Shown here piece by piece: positions 43,321 through 52,233 of a stretch of 60,937 nt of DNA. The stretch's first letter is position 1, and every line of letters starts with the position of its first letter. Origin of the DNA: Candidatus Dormiibacterota bacterium. Its GTDB lineage: Bacteria > Chloroflexota > Dormibacteria > CF-121. The stretch lies in contig DATBYO010000124.1 of assembly GCA_036513655.1 (NCBI GenBank), forward strand, positions 1-60,937. Reading direction: 5' to 3'. The position numbers and the translations under genes were made by a program. Below the pieces are notes generated by a model. It was not told where the DNA came from, did not search any database, and saw nothing but the letters and a program-made list of their open reading frames with translations.

Positions 43321-43937
43321 CCCCGGTCCGAATCTACTCGGACTACGTCTGACCCTTCTGCTACATCGACTCGGTCGGAGTCGAGCGGCTGGAGCGCGAA
43401 TACGACGTCGAGATCGACTGGGTGCCCTTCGAGCTGCATCCCGAGATCCCGCCAGAGGGGCGGCCGCGCGACGAGGTGCTGCCGCTGGCCTACCTGGCCC
43501 AGGCCGAGGCGGGCGTGAACCGACTGGCCACGGCGGTCGGACTTCGACTCAAGTTGCACGACCGGCTCATCAACTCGCGCCCCGCCCTGCAGGCGGCTGA
43601 ATTCGCCCGGGAACAGGGGCGCTTCGCGCCGATGCACCGGGAGCTGTTCAGGGCGTACTGGGATGAGGGGCGCGACGTCTCCGCCATCGAGGTTCTGCGG
43701 GAGGTCGCCGCGCGGACCGGTGTCGACGTTGCCGGGATGGAGTCGGCGGTCGAAGAGAACCGGTTCGGTGATTACCTGGATGCGCGTCGCGCCGAGGCGG
43801 AGGACCTGATGATCAACGGCATCCCGGCCCACGTGATCGCCGATCGCTATCTTGTGATGGGCGCGCAGCCCTACGACCTGTTCGAACGCGTCATGGCCAA
43901 AGCCGGCGTCCCCAAACGCGCGGGGGAATCGTCGTGA
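43314..43937 (+). CDS. DsbA/FrnE-like thiol-disulfide oxidoreductase with in-frame TGA at the first Cys of CPxC (candidate selenoprotein, alternatively a pseudogene)
   Basis: ATG 43314 gives MPTPVRIYSDYV-TGA(43350-43352)-PFCYIDSVG..VEIDWVPFELHPEIPPEG, continuous with track ORF 43422-43937. Confidence 0.6.
43360..43389 (+). promoter_or_regulatory. SECIS-like stem-loop downstream of the in-frame TGA
   Basis: Upper stem 43366-43372/43378-43384 (7 bp), loop GGUCG, bulged A 43365, lower helix 43360-43364/43385-43389. Confidence 0.45.
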
Positions 43938-43953
43938 TCGGTGGCGCCGCGGC

Positions 43954-44289
43954 CTAGGAGAAGCGGTGCTGCTGGACGGCTCGCACGAGTAAGCCGGCGC
44001 CGACGACCGCCACCAGTAGGAAGACCGTCACAGCCAACGGCGTCCGCATGTCGTATCGACAGGTCGCACATTCGCGGATGACGTTGATAAGAATGGCTGC
44101 GCCGGCCAATCCGGCACCGACCATGTAGGCGCCGGGTTGCTCCGGTTGGCTTCTGAACCTGATGAGCAGAAGCACCAGGAAGACGATCGCGGTGATCAGG
44201 GGCAGGGGTCCGGCCGCGAGTGCCGCGTAGCCGAGCGCGGCACCGGCAAGAAGAAAAGCGACAGCAGAGAGCAGAACCCGAGTGTTCAC
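43954..44289 (-). CDS. Small integral membrane protein
   Basis: Four hydrophobic segments; 111 aa. Confidence 0.5.
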   Translation of the reverse strand: MNTRVLLSAVAFLLAGAALGYAALAAGPLPLITAIVFLVLLLIRFRSQPEQPGAYMVGAGLAGAAILINVIRECATCRYDMRTPLAVTVFLLVAVVGAGLLVRAVQQHRFS

Positions 44290-44364
44290 CCGCCAAGGAT
44301 AGCCAAGGCAGAATGGGCCATTTGGGCGCTGGCGAACGCCGTCGCACCGGGCTAGACTGACCGC

Positions 44365-44769
44365 ATGGCGCGGCTCGCCCTCGTGATTGCCGTGGTGGGC
44401 GTCCTCTTGGCGGCGGCCGGGTTATTCGTCGCGCTGGCGGTCGGTCTCCCAGCACTCGGGCTCAACCCATACGGGCGAAATCCTCTCGATGAGACGCTTC
44501 GAGGACTTGGCACCGCCGCAACGCTCTACGCAACCGGGGCCGCCTTGCTGGCCACCGCGACGCGGTGGGCCCGCACCCACCGCGGGCCGCTACCTGTCGC
44601 AATGGTCCCCTTCTTCGGTGGGTTCGTCGCGCTCCTATGCCTATTCCAGGCCGTAGTCGGCTATTGGACCAACATTCCAGAACTGCTGTTCTTCACCATC
44701 GGCATCGCCGCCCCAGTCGCGCTCGGCGCTCAGCCTTGGAGTAGCGCGCGCTATTCTCGTCCGATGTAG
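44365..44769 (+). CDS. Small integral membrane protein
   Basis: Four hydrophobic segments; 134 aa. Confidence 0.5.
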   Translation: MARLALVIAVVGVLLAAAGLFVALAVGLPALGLNPYGRNPLDETLRGLGTAATLYATGAALLATATRWARTHRGPLPVAMVPFFGGFVALLCLFQAVVGYWTNIPELLFFTIGIAAPVALGAQPWSSARYSRPM

Positions 44770-45809
44770 TCGGCGAGAAGACGGTTGAGGTCCGGGAGCC
44801 CGGGTCGAAGGCCATACCTCTTCTCCGCGCCGAGGCTGAGGCGAATCAGCCCGGCGGAGCGTAGGACCGCAAGGTGGCCATGGAGCGTGGATTTGGACAA
44901 GCCGAGGGACTGGACGAGGTCGGCCAAACGCCGGTCGCCCACCGCGAGCTCGCGCAGCAGCCGCAGGCGGGTCTCATCCCCCAGCGCCCGGTACATGAGA
45001 ACGAGATCTCGCTCGGGCTCCCCCGAAGCCGTCGCGCCGGCCCGATAGCAAATGATCTTGGTGCTCTCCCAATCCGAGATCGTGATCCACGGTCGGGTGA
45101 CGATGGACGGAACGAGGAGCACTCGGTCGATGCCGGCTTCGCCTTCATAGTTGATGCCGCCGGTGGCAAAATCCACGAGCTGGTGGGGTGACATCCGGCG
45201 CGCGGCTTTCGACTTGGCGGTGACGTCGGCGGCCAGCGCCTCCACACCGTCGCCCATCGGGATGAAGACCTCGAGGTTGAAACGGCTGACCACCTCGATC
45301 GTGAGCCGCTTGACCTCCCGCGCACCCAACCCGAGCAGGCGTTTGACGGTCGTCGAGTCGCTGGCGTGGCCGCGTGTCGCCAGCGCGGCGGCCGCCTTCG
45401 GCTCACCCGCGAGTGCCGCTTTGATAAGCGCCTGACCCTCGGCCGTCCGCAACGCCGGGAGACGGCCGCCGATCAAAGCGATCAGCACATCGACCGCGGA
45501 CGTGGCGCGTAGATGGGTCAGCAGGCGCTCGAGGTCATGCGCGCCTCCCGCTTCGTTGACCATTCCGAGCAGGAGGAACCATCGTGGACCGTCGGTGCCC
45601 GCCAGCCTCCGAAGCGCAGTGACCAGCTCGCTCGAGGCCGCCGCCCGCGCCCGTGCGAACCATGCCTTGCCGACTTCGTACGACTCCTGTGGCTCATCGC
45701 CGGTGAACATCGAGAGGCCCAGCAGCGCCTCGTAGGCCGTCCCCCACTCGAGGGACGCGGCGAACGGCGGCGGGGCGCTGACGGTCTGCCGCAAGCGGGG
45801 ATTGGCCAT
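44751..45809 (-). CDS. ArsR-family transcriptional regulator with a large N-terminal domain
   Basis: C-terminal winged HTH: ALGDETRLRLLRELAVGDRRLADLVQSLGLSKSTLHGHLAVLRSAGLI. Divergent from the MFS transporter. Confidence 0.75.
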   Translation of the reverse strand: MANPRLRQTVSAPPPFAASLEWGTAYEALLGLSMFTGDEPQESYEVGKAWFARARAAASSELVTALRRLAGTDGPRWFLLLGMVNEAGGAHDLERLLTHLRATSAVDVLIALIGGRLPALRTAEGQALIKAALAGEPKAAAALATRGHASDSTTVKRLLGLGAREVKRLTIEVVSRFNLEVFIPMGDGVEALAADVTAKSKAARRMSPHQLVDFATGGINYEGEAGIDRVLLVPSIVTRPWITISDWESTKIICYRAGATASGEPERDLVLMYRALGDETRLRLLRELAVGDRRLADLVQSLGLSKSTLHGHLAVLRSAGLIRLSLGAEKRYGLRPGLPDLNRLLADYIGRE

Positions 45810-45880
45810 CTATTCGGTAGTCATGATACGCTGCGTTCGGTGAAAGACGAACGTGGTGAGGGAGCCTCCAATCTGTTGAA

Positions 45881-45915
45881 CCCTTCGTCTTCGGGGGAGG
45901 GCAGGGTGGGGGCCC
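45881..45915 (+). repeat. Dispersed C-rich/G-rich repeat copy overlapping the MFS gene start
   Basis: cccttcgtcttcgggggagggcagggtgggggccc; the left arm is degenerate. Confidence 0.75.
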
Positions 45916-47159
45916 TCCGATACCGCGACTTTCGTCTCTTCTGGGCGGCGCGGGCCATCAGCGTCGCGGGCGACCGCATTTCCTTACTGGCCCTACCGAC
46001 CGTCGCGATCCTGGTGCTGGGGGCTTCGTCGGCGCAGGTCGGCATCCTCAACGCGATCGGGACGCTCGCCTGGCCCGCGCTCGCGTTGTTTGCGGGGGTG
46101 TGGGTGGATCGGATTCGGCGGCGTCGCATCCTGGTGGCCACAGACCTCGGCCGGGCGGTCCTGGTCGGCTCCATTCCGTTGGCCTTCGCACTCGGCCACC
46201 TTACCTTTCCCCAACTGATCGCGGTCGCCGGCCTGGTGGGCGGGATGACTGTCTTCTTCGACCTCGCCGCCACGGCTCATGTGCCGTCCCTGGTGCCGCG
46301 CACCGATTGGGCCGACGCGAACGCGAAGCTCGAGGTGGCCCAGCAGGCCGTCGCCACCGGGGCGCCCGGCCTGGCCGGTCTCCTCATCACATGGTTGTCG
46401 GCGCCCTTCGCCATCGTGTTCGACGCGGTCTCGTTCCTCGTCTCCGGCATGCTGGTCGCGGCAACCGAACCGGGTCCGCCGCCGCTAGCCGCGAACCGCC
46501 GACCTAGCCTCGCGGCGGAGGCGGCCGAGGGCGTCCGATTTCTCCTGCGCGATCCGGCCCTGGTCCGGATCACCATCTGCGCCGCGGTCTCGAATGTGGG
46601 GCTCTTGATGGGACTGGCGCTGCAGCTCATCTTCCTGTACCGGGTGATGCACCTATCGCCTGCGGTGGTCGGCGTGTGCTTTGCGTTGGGAAGCCTGGCC
46701 AGCCTGGTGGGAGCGGTTTACAACCGGCGGATCATGGCCCGACTTGGGATCCACCGCACGCTCTTGCTCTCGACGTTCGTTGAGGGTATTTCCTACGTGC
46801 TCATTCCCGCAGGGGTCCTCGCACCCGTGATTCCGCTCTTGATCGCCGCATTGGTCCTGAGCGGCTTCTTCAACACCACCTGGAACGTCAGCGTCACGAC
46901 CTTCCGCCAGACCCGGGTGGCGCCACAGTTGCTTGGCCGAGTCAGCGCAGCGGGGCGGGTGGTCGGCTACGGAGCCTTGCCCGTCGGATCGTTGCTCGGG
47001 GGCCTATTGGGCCAAGCGTTTTCTACCCAGATGGGAGAGCGACGCGGCCTGGCGATCGCCCTCGCGGTCGCATCCCTCGTCGCCGGCAGCTCAGCGCTAG
47101 CCCTGCTCCGAGGAAACGGCTTCGATCTGAGACCCGACACCGCGTCCGACCATGCCTAG
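45906..47159 (+). CDS. MFS transporter (EntS/MFS_3-like)
   Basis: The conserved beginning YRDFRLFWAARAISVAGD follows GTG 45906 (in frame with track ORF 45513). TTG 45876 is also possible. About 12 helices. Confidence 0.75.
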   Translation: MGALRYRDFRLFWAARAISVAGDRISLLALPTVAILVLGASSAQVGILNAIGTLAWPALALFAGVWVDRIRRRRILVATDLGRAVLVGSIPLAFALGHLTFPQLIAVAGLVGGMTVFFDLAATAHVPSLVPRTDWADANAKLEVAQQAVATGAPGLAGLLITWLSAPFAIVFDAVSFLVSGMLVAATEPGPPPLAANRRPSLAAEAAEGVRFLLRDPALVRITICAAVSNVGLLMGLALQLIFLYRVMHLSPAVVGVCFALGSLASLVGAVYNRRIMARLGIHRTLLLSTFVEGISYVLIPAGVLAPVIPLLIAALVLSGFFNTTWNVSVTTFRQTRVAPQLLGRVSAAGRVVGYGALPVGSLLGGLLGQAFSTQMGERRGLAIALAVASLVAGSSALALLRGNGFDLRPDTASDHA

Positions 47160-47186
47160 TCTTTCGCATTTCAGGAGGTGCAGCGG

Positions 47187-48209
47187 ATGCGTTACCGGCT
47201 GTTAGGCGATTCCGGCATCAGGGTGAGCGAGCTCGCGCTGGGGACCATGACCTTCGGTACGGCCTGGGGGTGGGGCGCTGCGCCCGATGAATGCGCGCGC
47301 ATCGTCGCTGCGTACGCCGATGCGGGCGGCAACTTCATCGACACTGCCTGCAACTACACCGACGGTGAGTCGGAGGCGATCGTCGGCGAGCTCCTGCAGG
47401 GCCGGCGAGATCAGTTCGTGCTGGCGACTAAATACACGCTCACGGTCGACCGCGCTGATCCCAATGCAGGTGGCAATCACCGCAAGAGCCTTCGGCGGAT
47501 CGTGGAGCAGAGCTTGCGGCGCCTGCGCACGGACTACATCGACCTCTTATGGCTCCACATGTGGGACGGGCTGACCTCCGTCGAGCAGCTGATGCAGGCA
47601 CTGGACGTCCAGGTGCGTTCCGGGAAGGTGCTGCACATCGCCTTCTCCGATACGCCGGCCTGGATTGTCAGCCAGGCATGCGAGGTGGCGCGAGCAGCAG
47701 GCTGGTCGTTAGCGGTCGCGGTGCAAGCGCCGTATAGTGCCTCGGCCCGCGACATCGAACGCGAGTTGCTGCCGATGGCCGCGGCGCACGGGATGGCCGC
47801 GCTCACCTGGGGCGCCATGGACGGCGGTGTGCTGACCGGCAAGTATGCCGCGGGAGGGGATCGACCCCGCCGCTACGGGAACGCCCCCGTGTCCGCGCGA
47901 CATGCTCGGATTGCCTCGGTGGTCGGAGACATCGGCCGCGAGCATGGCGCCACGGCGGCCCAGGCATGTCTCGCCTGGGTGCTGGGCCGGAGAAAGACTG
48001 GATGGAACATCATCCCGATCCTCGGCGCTCGCAACGAGGTGCAGCTGCGAGAGAACTTGGGCGGGCTCGAGGTTCAGCTCGATGACCAGGCCATCCGCCG
48101 GCTGGACGAGGCAGCCGAGTTCCGGCTCGGCTTTCCGCGCAGCTTCCTCGAAGACGACGAGGTGATCGAGCTCATCTTCGGCCGCACCCGGGCGCTGCTC
48201 GATACCTGA
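47187..48209 (+). CDS. Aldo/keto reductase
   Basis: ATG 47187 with AGGAGG 8 nt upstream; LGTMTFG, DTACNYTDGESE, LHMWD. Confidence 0.85.
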   Translation: MRYRLLGDSGIRVSELALGTMTFGTAWGWGAAPDECARIVAAYADAGGNFIDTACNYTDGESEAIVGELLQGRRDQFVLATKYTLTVDRADPNAGGNHRKSLRRIVEQSLRRLRTDYIDLLWLHMWDGLTSVEQLMQALDVQVRSGKVLHIAFSDTPAWIVSQACEVARAAGWSLAVAVQAPYSASARDIERELLPMAAAHGMAALTWGAMDGGVLTGKYAAGGDRPRRYGNAPVSARHARIASVVGDIGREHGATAAQACLAWVLGRRKTGWNIIPILGARNEVQLRENLGGLEVQLDDQAIRRLDEAAEFRLGFPRSFLEDDEVIELIFGRTRALLDT

Positions 48210-48210
48210 G

Positions 48211-49329
48211 TTACCCGAGGAACGCGGCGCCGACCTGATTGGCTAATTCGACGCCGCGGCGCGTCAGGCGCACCTGGCCAGCCTCCTCGACCAGCAGACC
48301 CGCAGAGACGAGCTCTTGGCGTTGAACGGGGAAGTCATGCGCCGAGCCGGTTCCCGCCAGGAGTCGGACGCCGATCATGGCCGCCTCGCCGCGGGCACGC
48401 GCCGGCGACAATGTCTCGCTGCCGTCCAGCGCATGGCCCGTTGCGGAAACCTTCCTGATGTACGCGTGCGGCCCCTTCAGGTTCCACCGCCGCTCGGTGC
48501 TCGAGTCGTCCAGCCGGAACATCGAATGCGCGCCGGCCCCGCAGCCGAGGTATGGCTGGTAGTTCCAGGCGGCCAGGTTATGCCGGCAGGCGAATCCGGG
48601 TCGCGACCAGTTCGAGATTTCGTAGTGGTCATAGCCGGCGGCCTCCAGTCGCGCTGCCGCGCCCCAGTACTGCTCGAGCTGATCGTCGGCGCCGGGCATG
48701 CGGACCAGGCCGGTCCTGACCTCCTGGCCGAGCCGGGTCCCCGACTCAACCGTCAGCTCATAGGCCGACAGATGCTGGACGCCTTCGGCAAGCACCGCGT
48801 CGAGCGTCTCGTGCCAGGTGGCGAGATCCACCCCGGGCACCCCGAACAGCAAGTCGGCGCTGACGTTCGCGAACCCGCCGGCACGCGCCGTGCGGATCGC
48901 GCCGATCGCATCCGGGCCGGAATGGAGCCGTTCCAGGAAGCGCAGTGCGTCGGGTTGCAGGCTCTGTACGCCGATGCTGAGCCGATTGACGCCGGCCTGC
49001 AGCCAGCCATCAACGGTCTCGCTCGTCACGTTGCTTGGGTTCGCTTCGAGCGTGATCTCGGCTCCGGGCGCGAGGCCGACGGCGCGCACGCGGTCAAGGA
49101 TCTGGCCTACCTGAGGGGTCGTCAGCAAGCTGGGCGTGCCACCACCGATGAAGACCGTGTCGACCGGCCCGATGGGAACTTGGGCGACCGCGCGGTCGAT
49201 TTCGTGGCTGAGCGCGTCGACGTAGGGAGAGATCAGTCCCTCCAGGACGGCATAGGCGTTGAAGTCGCAGTACTTGCAGACCCAGGTGCAGAACGGCACG
49301 TGCAGGTAGAGGCTGTGAATGCGTTCCAT
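48211..49329 (-). CDS. hemW: Radical SAM heme chaperone HemW (HemN-like)
   Basis: ORF trimmed to ATG 49329 ([24 protein letters not shown], CxxxCxxC); ATGA overlap with lepA. Confidence 0.85.
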   Translation of the reverse strand: MERIHSLYLHVPFCTWVCKYCDFNAYAVLEGLISPYVDALSHEIDRAVAQVPIGPVDTVFIGGGTPSLLTTPQVGQILDRVRAVGLAPGAEITLEANPSNVTSETVDGWLQAGVNRLSIGVQSLQPDALRFLERLHSGPDAIGAIRTARAGGFANVSADLLFGVPGVDLATWHETLDAVLAEGVQHLSAYELTVESGTRLGQEVRTGLVRMPGADDQLEQYWGAAARLEAAGYDHYEISNWSRPGFACRHNLAAWNYQPYLGCGAGAHSMFRLDDSSTERRWNLKGPHAYIRKVSATGHALDGSETLSPARARGEAAMIGVRLLAGTGSAHDFPVQRQELVSAGLLVEEAGQVRLTRRGVELANQVGAAFLG

Positions 49330-51134
49330 CAGTCCAGGCTCAACACCGCCATGAAGGCCTCCTGCGGGATCTCGACGTTGCCGACGCGTTTCAGGCGCTT
49401 CTTTCCTTCCTTCTGCTTCTCGAGCAGCTTCCGCTTCCGGGTCACGTCGCCGCCGTAGCACTTGGCGGTGACGTCTTTGCGCATCGCCGGCACGGTTTCC
49501 CGGGCGACGATCTTGCCGCCGATCGCGGCCTGGATCGGAACCTCGAAGAGCTGGCGGGGAATGAGGGTCTTGAGCTTTTCCGCCAGGCGACGCCCTTGCT
49601 GCTGCGCCTTGCTGCGATCGACGATCATCGACAGCGCGTCGACGGGCGAGCCCGCAACGAGCACGTCGAGCTTGACGAGATTCGCTTCCTCGAAACCGAC
49701 CAGCTCGTAGTTGAGTGAGGCATATCCCTTGCTGCGCGACTTGAGCTGGTCGTAGTAGTCGTGGATGATCTCGGCCAGCGGCATCCGGTAGGTGATGACG
49801 ACCCGGTCGCCCGGTTCGTACTCCATATTGAGGAACTGACCGCGCCGCTCCTGGCTGAGCTCCATCATGTTGCCGACGTAGGTGCTCGGCACGACGATGG
49901 TCGCGAGCACCATCGGCTCACTGATCGCCTCGATCTCGCCGGGATCGGGGAGATGATCCGGATTGTCGACCGGCACCTCCTCACCGTTGCGCAGCTTGAC
50001 TCGGTACTCGACGGTGGGCGCCGTGCCGAGCAGGGTCAGGTTGAACTCGCGCTCGAGGCGCTCCTGGACGATCTCCATGTGTAGCAGGCCCAGGAAGCCG
50101 CATCGAAACCCGAAGCCCAGCGCCGCTGACGTCTCCGGCTCGTAGATGAGGGCAGCATCGTTCAGCTGAAGTTTCTCGAGCGCGTCCTTGAGCTGCTGGT
50201 ACTGCTCGGTGTCGGTGGGGAACAGACCGGCGAACACCATGGGGGTGACATGACGGTACCCGGGCAGCGGCGCTGCGGCGGGCCGGGCCTCGTCGGTCAC
50301 CGTGTCGCCCACGCGTGAGTCGCGGACGTTGCGGATGTTGGCGATCAGGTAGCCGACCTCGCCGGCGGTCAGGTCATCGACAGGCGTGCGTTCTGGGCGG
50401 AAGATGCCAACCTCATCGACTTCGAACGACTTTCCGGTCTGCATCATCTGGATGCGCATGCCGGGGCGCAGCGTGCCCTCGAGTACCCGGATGTAGGTCA
50501 CGACCCCTCGGTAGGCGTCGAACTTGGCGTCGAAGATCAGTGCGCGCAGGGGCGCGGCGGAGTCTCCCGTTGGTGGCGGGACCCGATGGACGACCGCCTC
50601 CAGGATCTCCTTGGTCCCGATCCCCTGGCGGGCGCTGGCGAAGATGACCGTTTCGGCCGGTAAGCCGATCACCTTCTCGATCTCTTCGCGAACCAGCTCG
50701 GGGTTCCCCTGCGGGAGGTCGATCTTGTTGACGACCGGGATGATCGTCAGATTGTGGTCAAGAGCCTGGTGCACATTCGCCAGCGTCTGCGCCTCGATCC
50801 CCTGCGAGGCGTCGACCACCAGGATGGCGCCGTCGCAGGCGGCCAGCGCCCGCGAGACTTCATAGGAGAAGTCGACGTGGCCGGGGGTGTCGATCAAGTT
50901 GATCTGGTACGTGTTGCCGTCGTCGGCCTTGTACAGCATCCGGACGGCCTGCGCCTTGATGGTGATCCCCCGCTCGCGCTCGAGATCGAGTTGGTCAAGT
51001 ACCTGCTCGACCATATCCCGCGGCGCCACCGTGCCCGTGTACTCGAGCAGGCGGTCGGAGAGCGTGGTCTTTCCGTGATCGACGTGCGCGATGACGGAGA
51101 TGGCGCGCGTCAGATGGGTCGGCGTGGACACCAA
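49329..51134 (-). CDS. lepA: Translation elongation factor 4 (LepA)
   Basis: [22 protein letters not shown], and the characteristic LepA C-terminal domain; 601 aa. Confidence 0.95.
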   Translation of the reverse strand: MVSTPTHLTRAISVIAHVDHGKTTLSDRLLEYTGTVAPRDMVEQVLDQLDLERERGITIKAQAVRMLYKADDGNTYQINLIDTPGHVDFSYEVSRALAACDGAILVVDASQGIEAQTLANVHQALDHNLTIIPVVNKIDLPQGNPELVREEIEKVIGLPAETVIFASARQGIGTKEILEAVVHRVPPPTGDSAAPLRALIFDAKFDAYRGVVTYIRVLEGTLRPGMRIQMMQTGKSFEVDEVGIFRPERTPVDDLTAGEVGYLIANIRNVRDSRVGDTVTDEARPAAAPLPGYRHVTPMVFAGLFPTDTEQYQQLKDALEKLQLNDAALIYEPETSAALGFGFRCGFLGLLHMEIVQERLEREFNLTLLGTAPTVEYRVKLRNGEEVPVDNPDHLPDPGEIEAISEPMVLATIVVPSTYVGNMMELSQERRGQFLNMEYEPGDRVVITYRMPLAEIIHDYYDQLKSRSKGYASLNYELVGFEEANLVKLDVLVAGSPVDALSMIVDRSKAQQQGRRLAEKLKTLIPRQLFEVPIQAAIGGKIVARETVPAMRKDVTAKCYGGDVTRKRKLLEKQKEGKKRLKRVGNVEIPQEAFMAVLSLD

Positions 51135-51163
51135 CGGAGTTTATCGGGCACTCGGGCCTTTAT

Positions 51164-51199
51164 CCCCTCCCCCGACCGGCGGAGGCCCCGGGTGAGGCC
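51164..51199 (+). repeat. Degenerate copy of the dispersed C-rich/G-rich repeat
   Basis: cccctcccccgaccggcggaggccccgggtgaggcc. Confidence 0.35.
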
Positions 51200-51201
51200 G
51201 A

Positions 51202-52233
51202 TTAGCTGCGGGAGGCCCTGGAGGCGCTGGGAAGGTTCTGGGCGATGCTACCGAGCTCCCGGCGGCCGGCAGCCTTTACCCGGTGCGCCAGGACCATCTC
51301 CGCCACCTCATTGACCTCGGGGACGCCGACCTCGGGCACCCCTCGGTAGGCGGCCAGCGCCTGGGAGGCCTTCCGGCCGACCAAATCGGCGCGATGCCCG
51401 TCCACCTGGAGGCTGACATTGAGCTCGGCGAGCGCCCGGAGGATCCCGGGCGGCATCACCACATGCGGGAAGCGCACGATGGCCTCGGCGATCCGGGTAC
51501 CAATCTCGGCATCCTGCCCGGCGAACCGCTTGCTGAAGGCGGCCGGATTGGACTCCCACTCTTCGCGACGCTCCACGATCTGGACCCGCTGCCCGATGTC
51601 CTTGATGCCTTCGACATCGACCGTCAGACCGAATCGATCGAGCAGCTGGGGCCGCAGGTCCCCCTCTTCCGGGTTCATCGTCCCGACCAGGATGAAGCGC
51701 GCCGGATGCCAGATCGAAATGCCCTCGCGTTCCACCACGTTGACGCCCATCGCGGCGGCATCGAGCAGCACGTCGACCAGATGGTCGTCGAGCAGGTTCA
51801 CCTCGTCGACGTAGAGGATGTTTCGGTTCGCCTCGGCCAGGACGCCGGGCTCGAACCGGCGCTCACCGCTTTTGATCGCCGCCTCGATGTCGATCGCCCC
51901 GACCACCCTGTCCTCTGAGGCATTGATGGGCAGCTCGACGACGCGCATCCGGCGGCGAGCGCGCGGGAGCGTCTCGCCGCGGGCCAACCGGTCCTGGCAA
52001 TCCGAGCAGAGCGACTCGGTCGCGTCCGGGTCGCACCGGTAAGGACAGTCCGCGACGACGGTCAGCTCCGGAAGCAGGCGGGCCAGGGCCCGCACCGCCG
52101 TCGACTTGCCGGTACCCTTCTCGCCTCGAATCAGGACGCCCCCGATCGCCGGATGGATCGCGTTCAAGACCAGGGCAAGCTTCATCTTGTCCTGGCCGAC
52201 GATGGCGCTGAAGGGATAGACAAACCGTTCCAT
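51202..52233 (-). CDS. ChlI/BchI-family AAA+ chelatase ATPase subunit
   Basis: Walker [10 protein letters not shown], Walker [26 protein letters not shown], and a CPYRC-X8-CSDC insertion. Confidence 0.8.
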   Translation of the reverse strand: MERFVYPFSAIVGQDKMKLALVLNAIHPAIGGVLIRGEKGTGKSTAVRALARLLPELTVVADCPYRCDPDATESLCSDCQDRLARGETLPRARRRMRVVELPINASEDRVVGAIDIEAAIKSGERRFEPGVLAEANRNILYVDEVNLLDDHLVDVLLDAAAMGVNVVEREGISIWHPARFILVGTMNPEEGDLRPQLLDRFGLTVDVEGIKDIGQRVQIVERREEWESNPAAFSKRFAGQDAEIGTRIAEAIVRFPHVVMPPGILRALAELNVSLQVDGHRADLVGRKASQALAAYRGVPEVGVPEVNEVAEMVLAHRVKAAGRRELGSIAQNLPSASRASRS

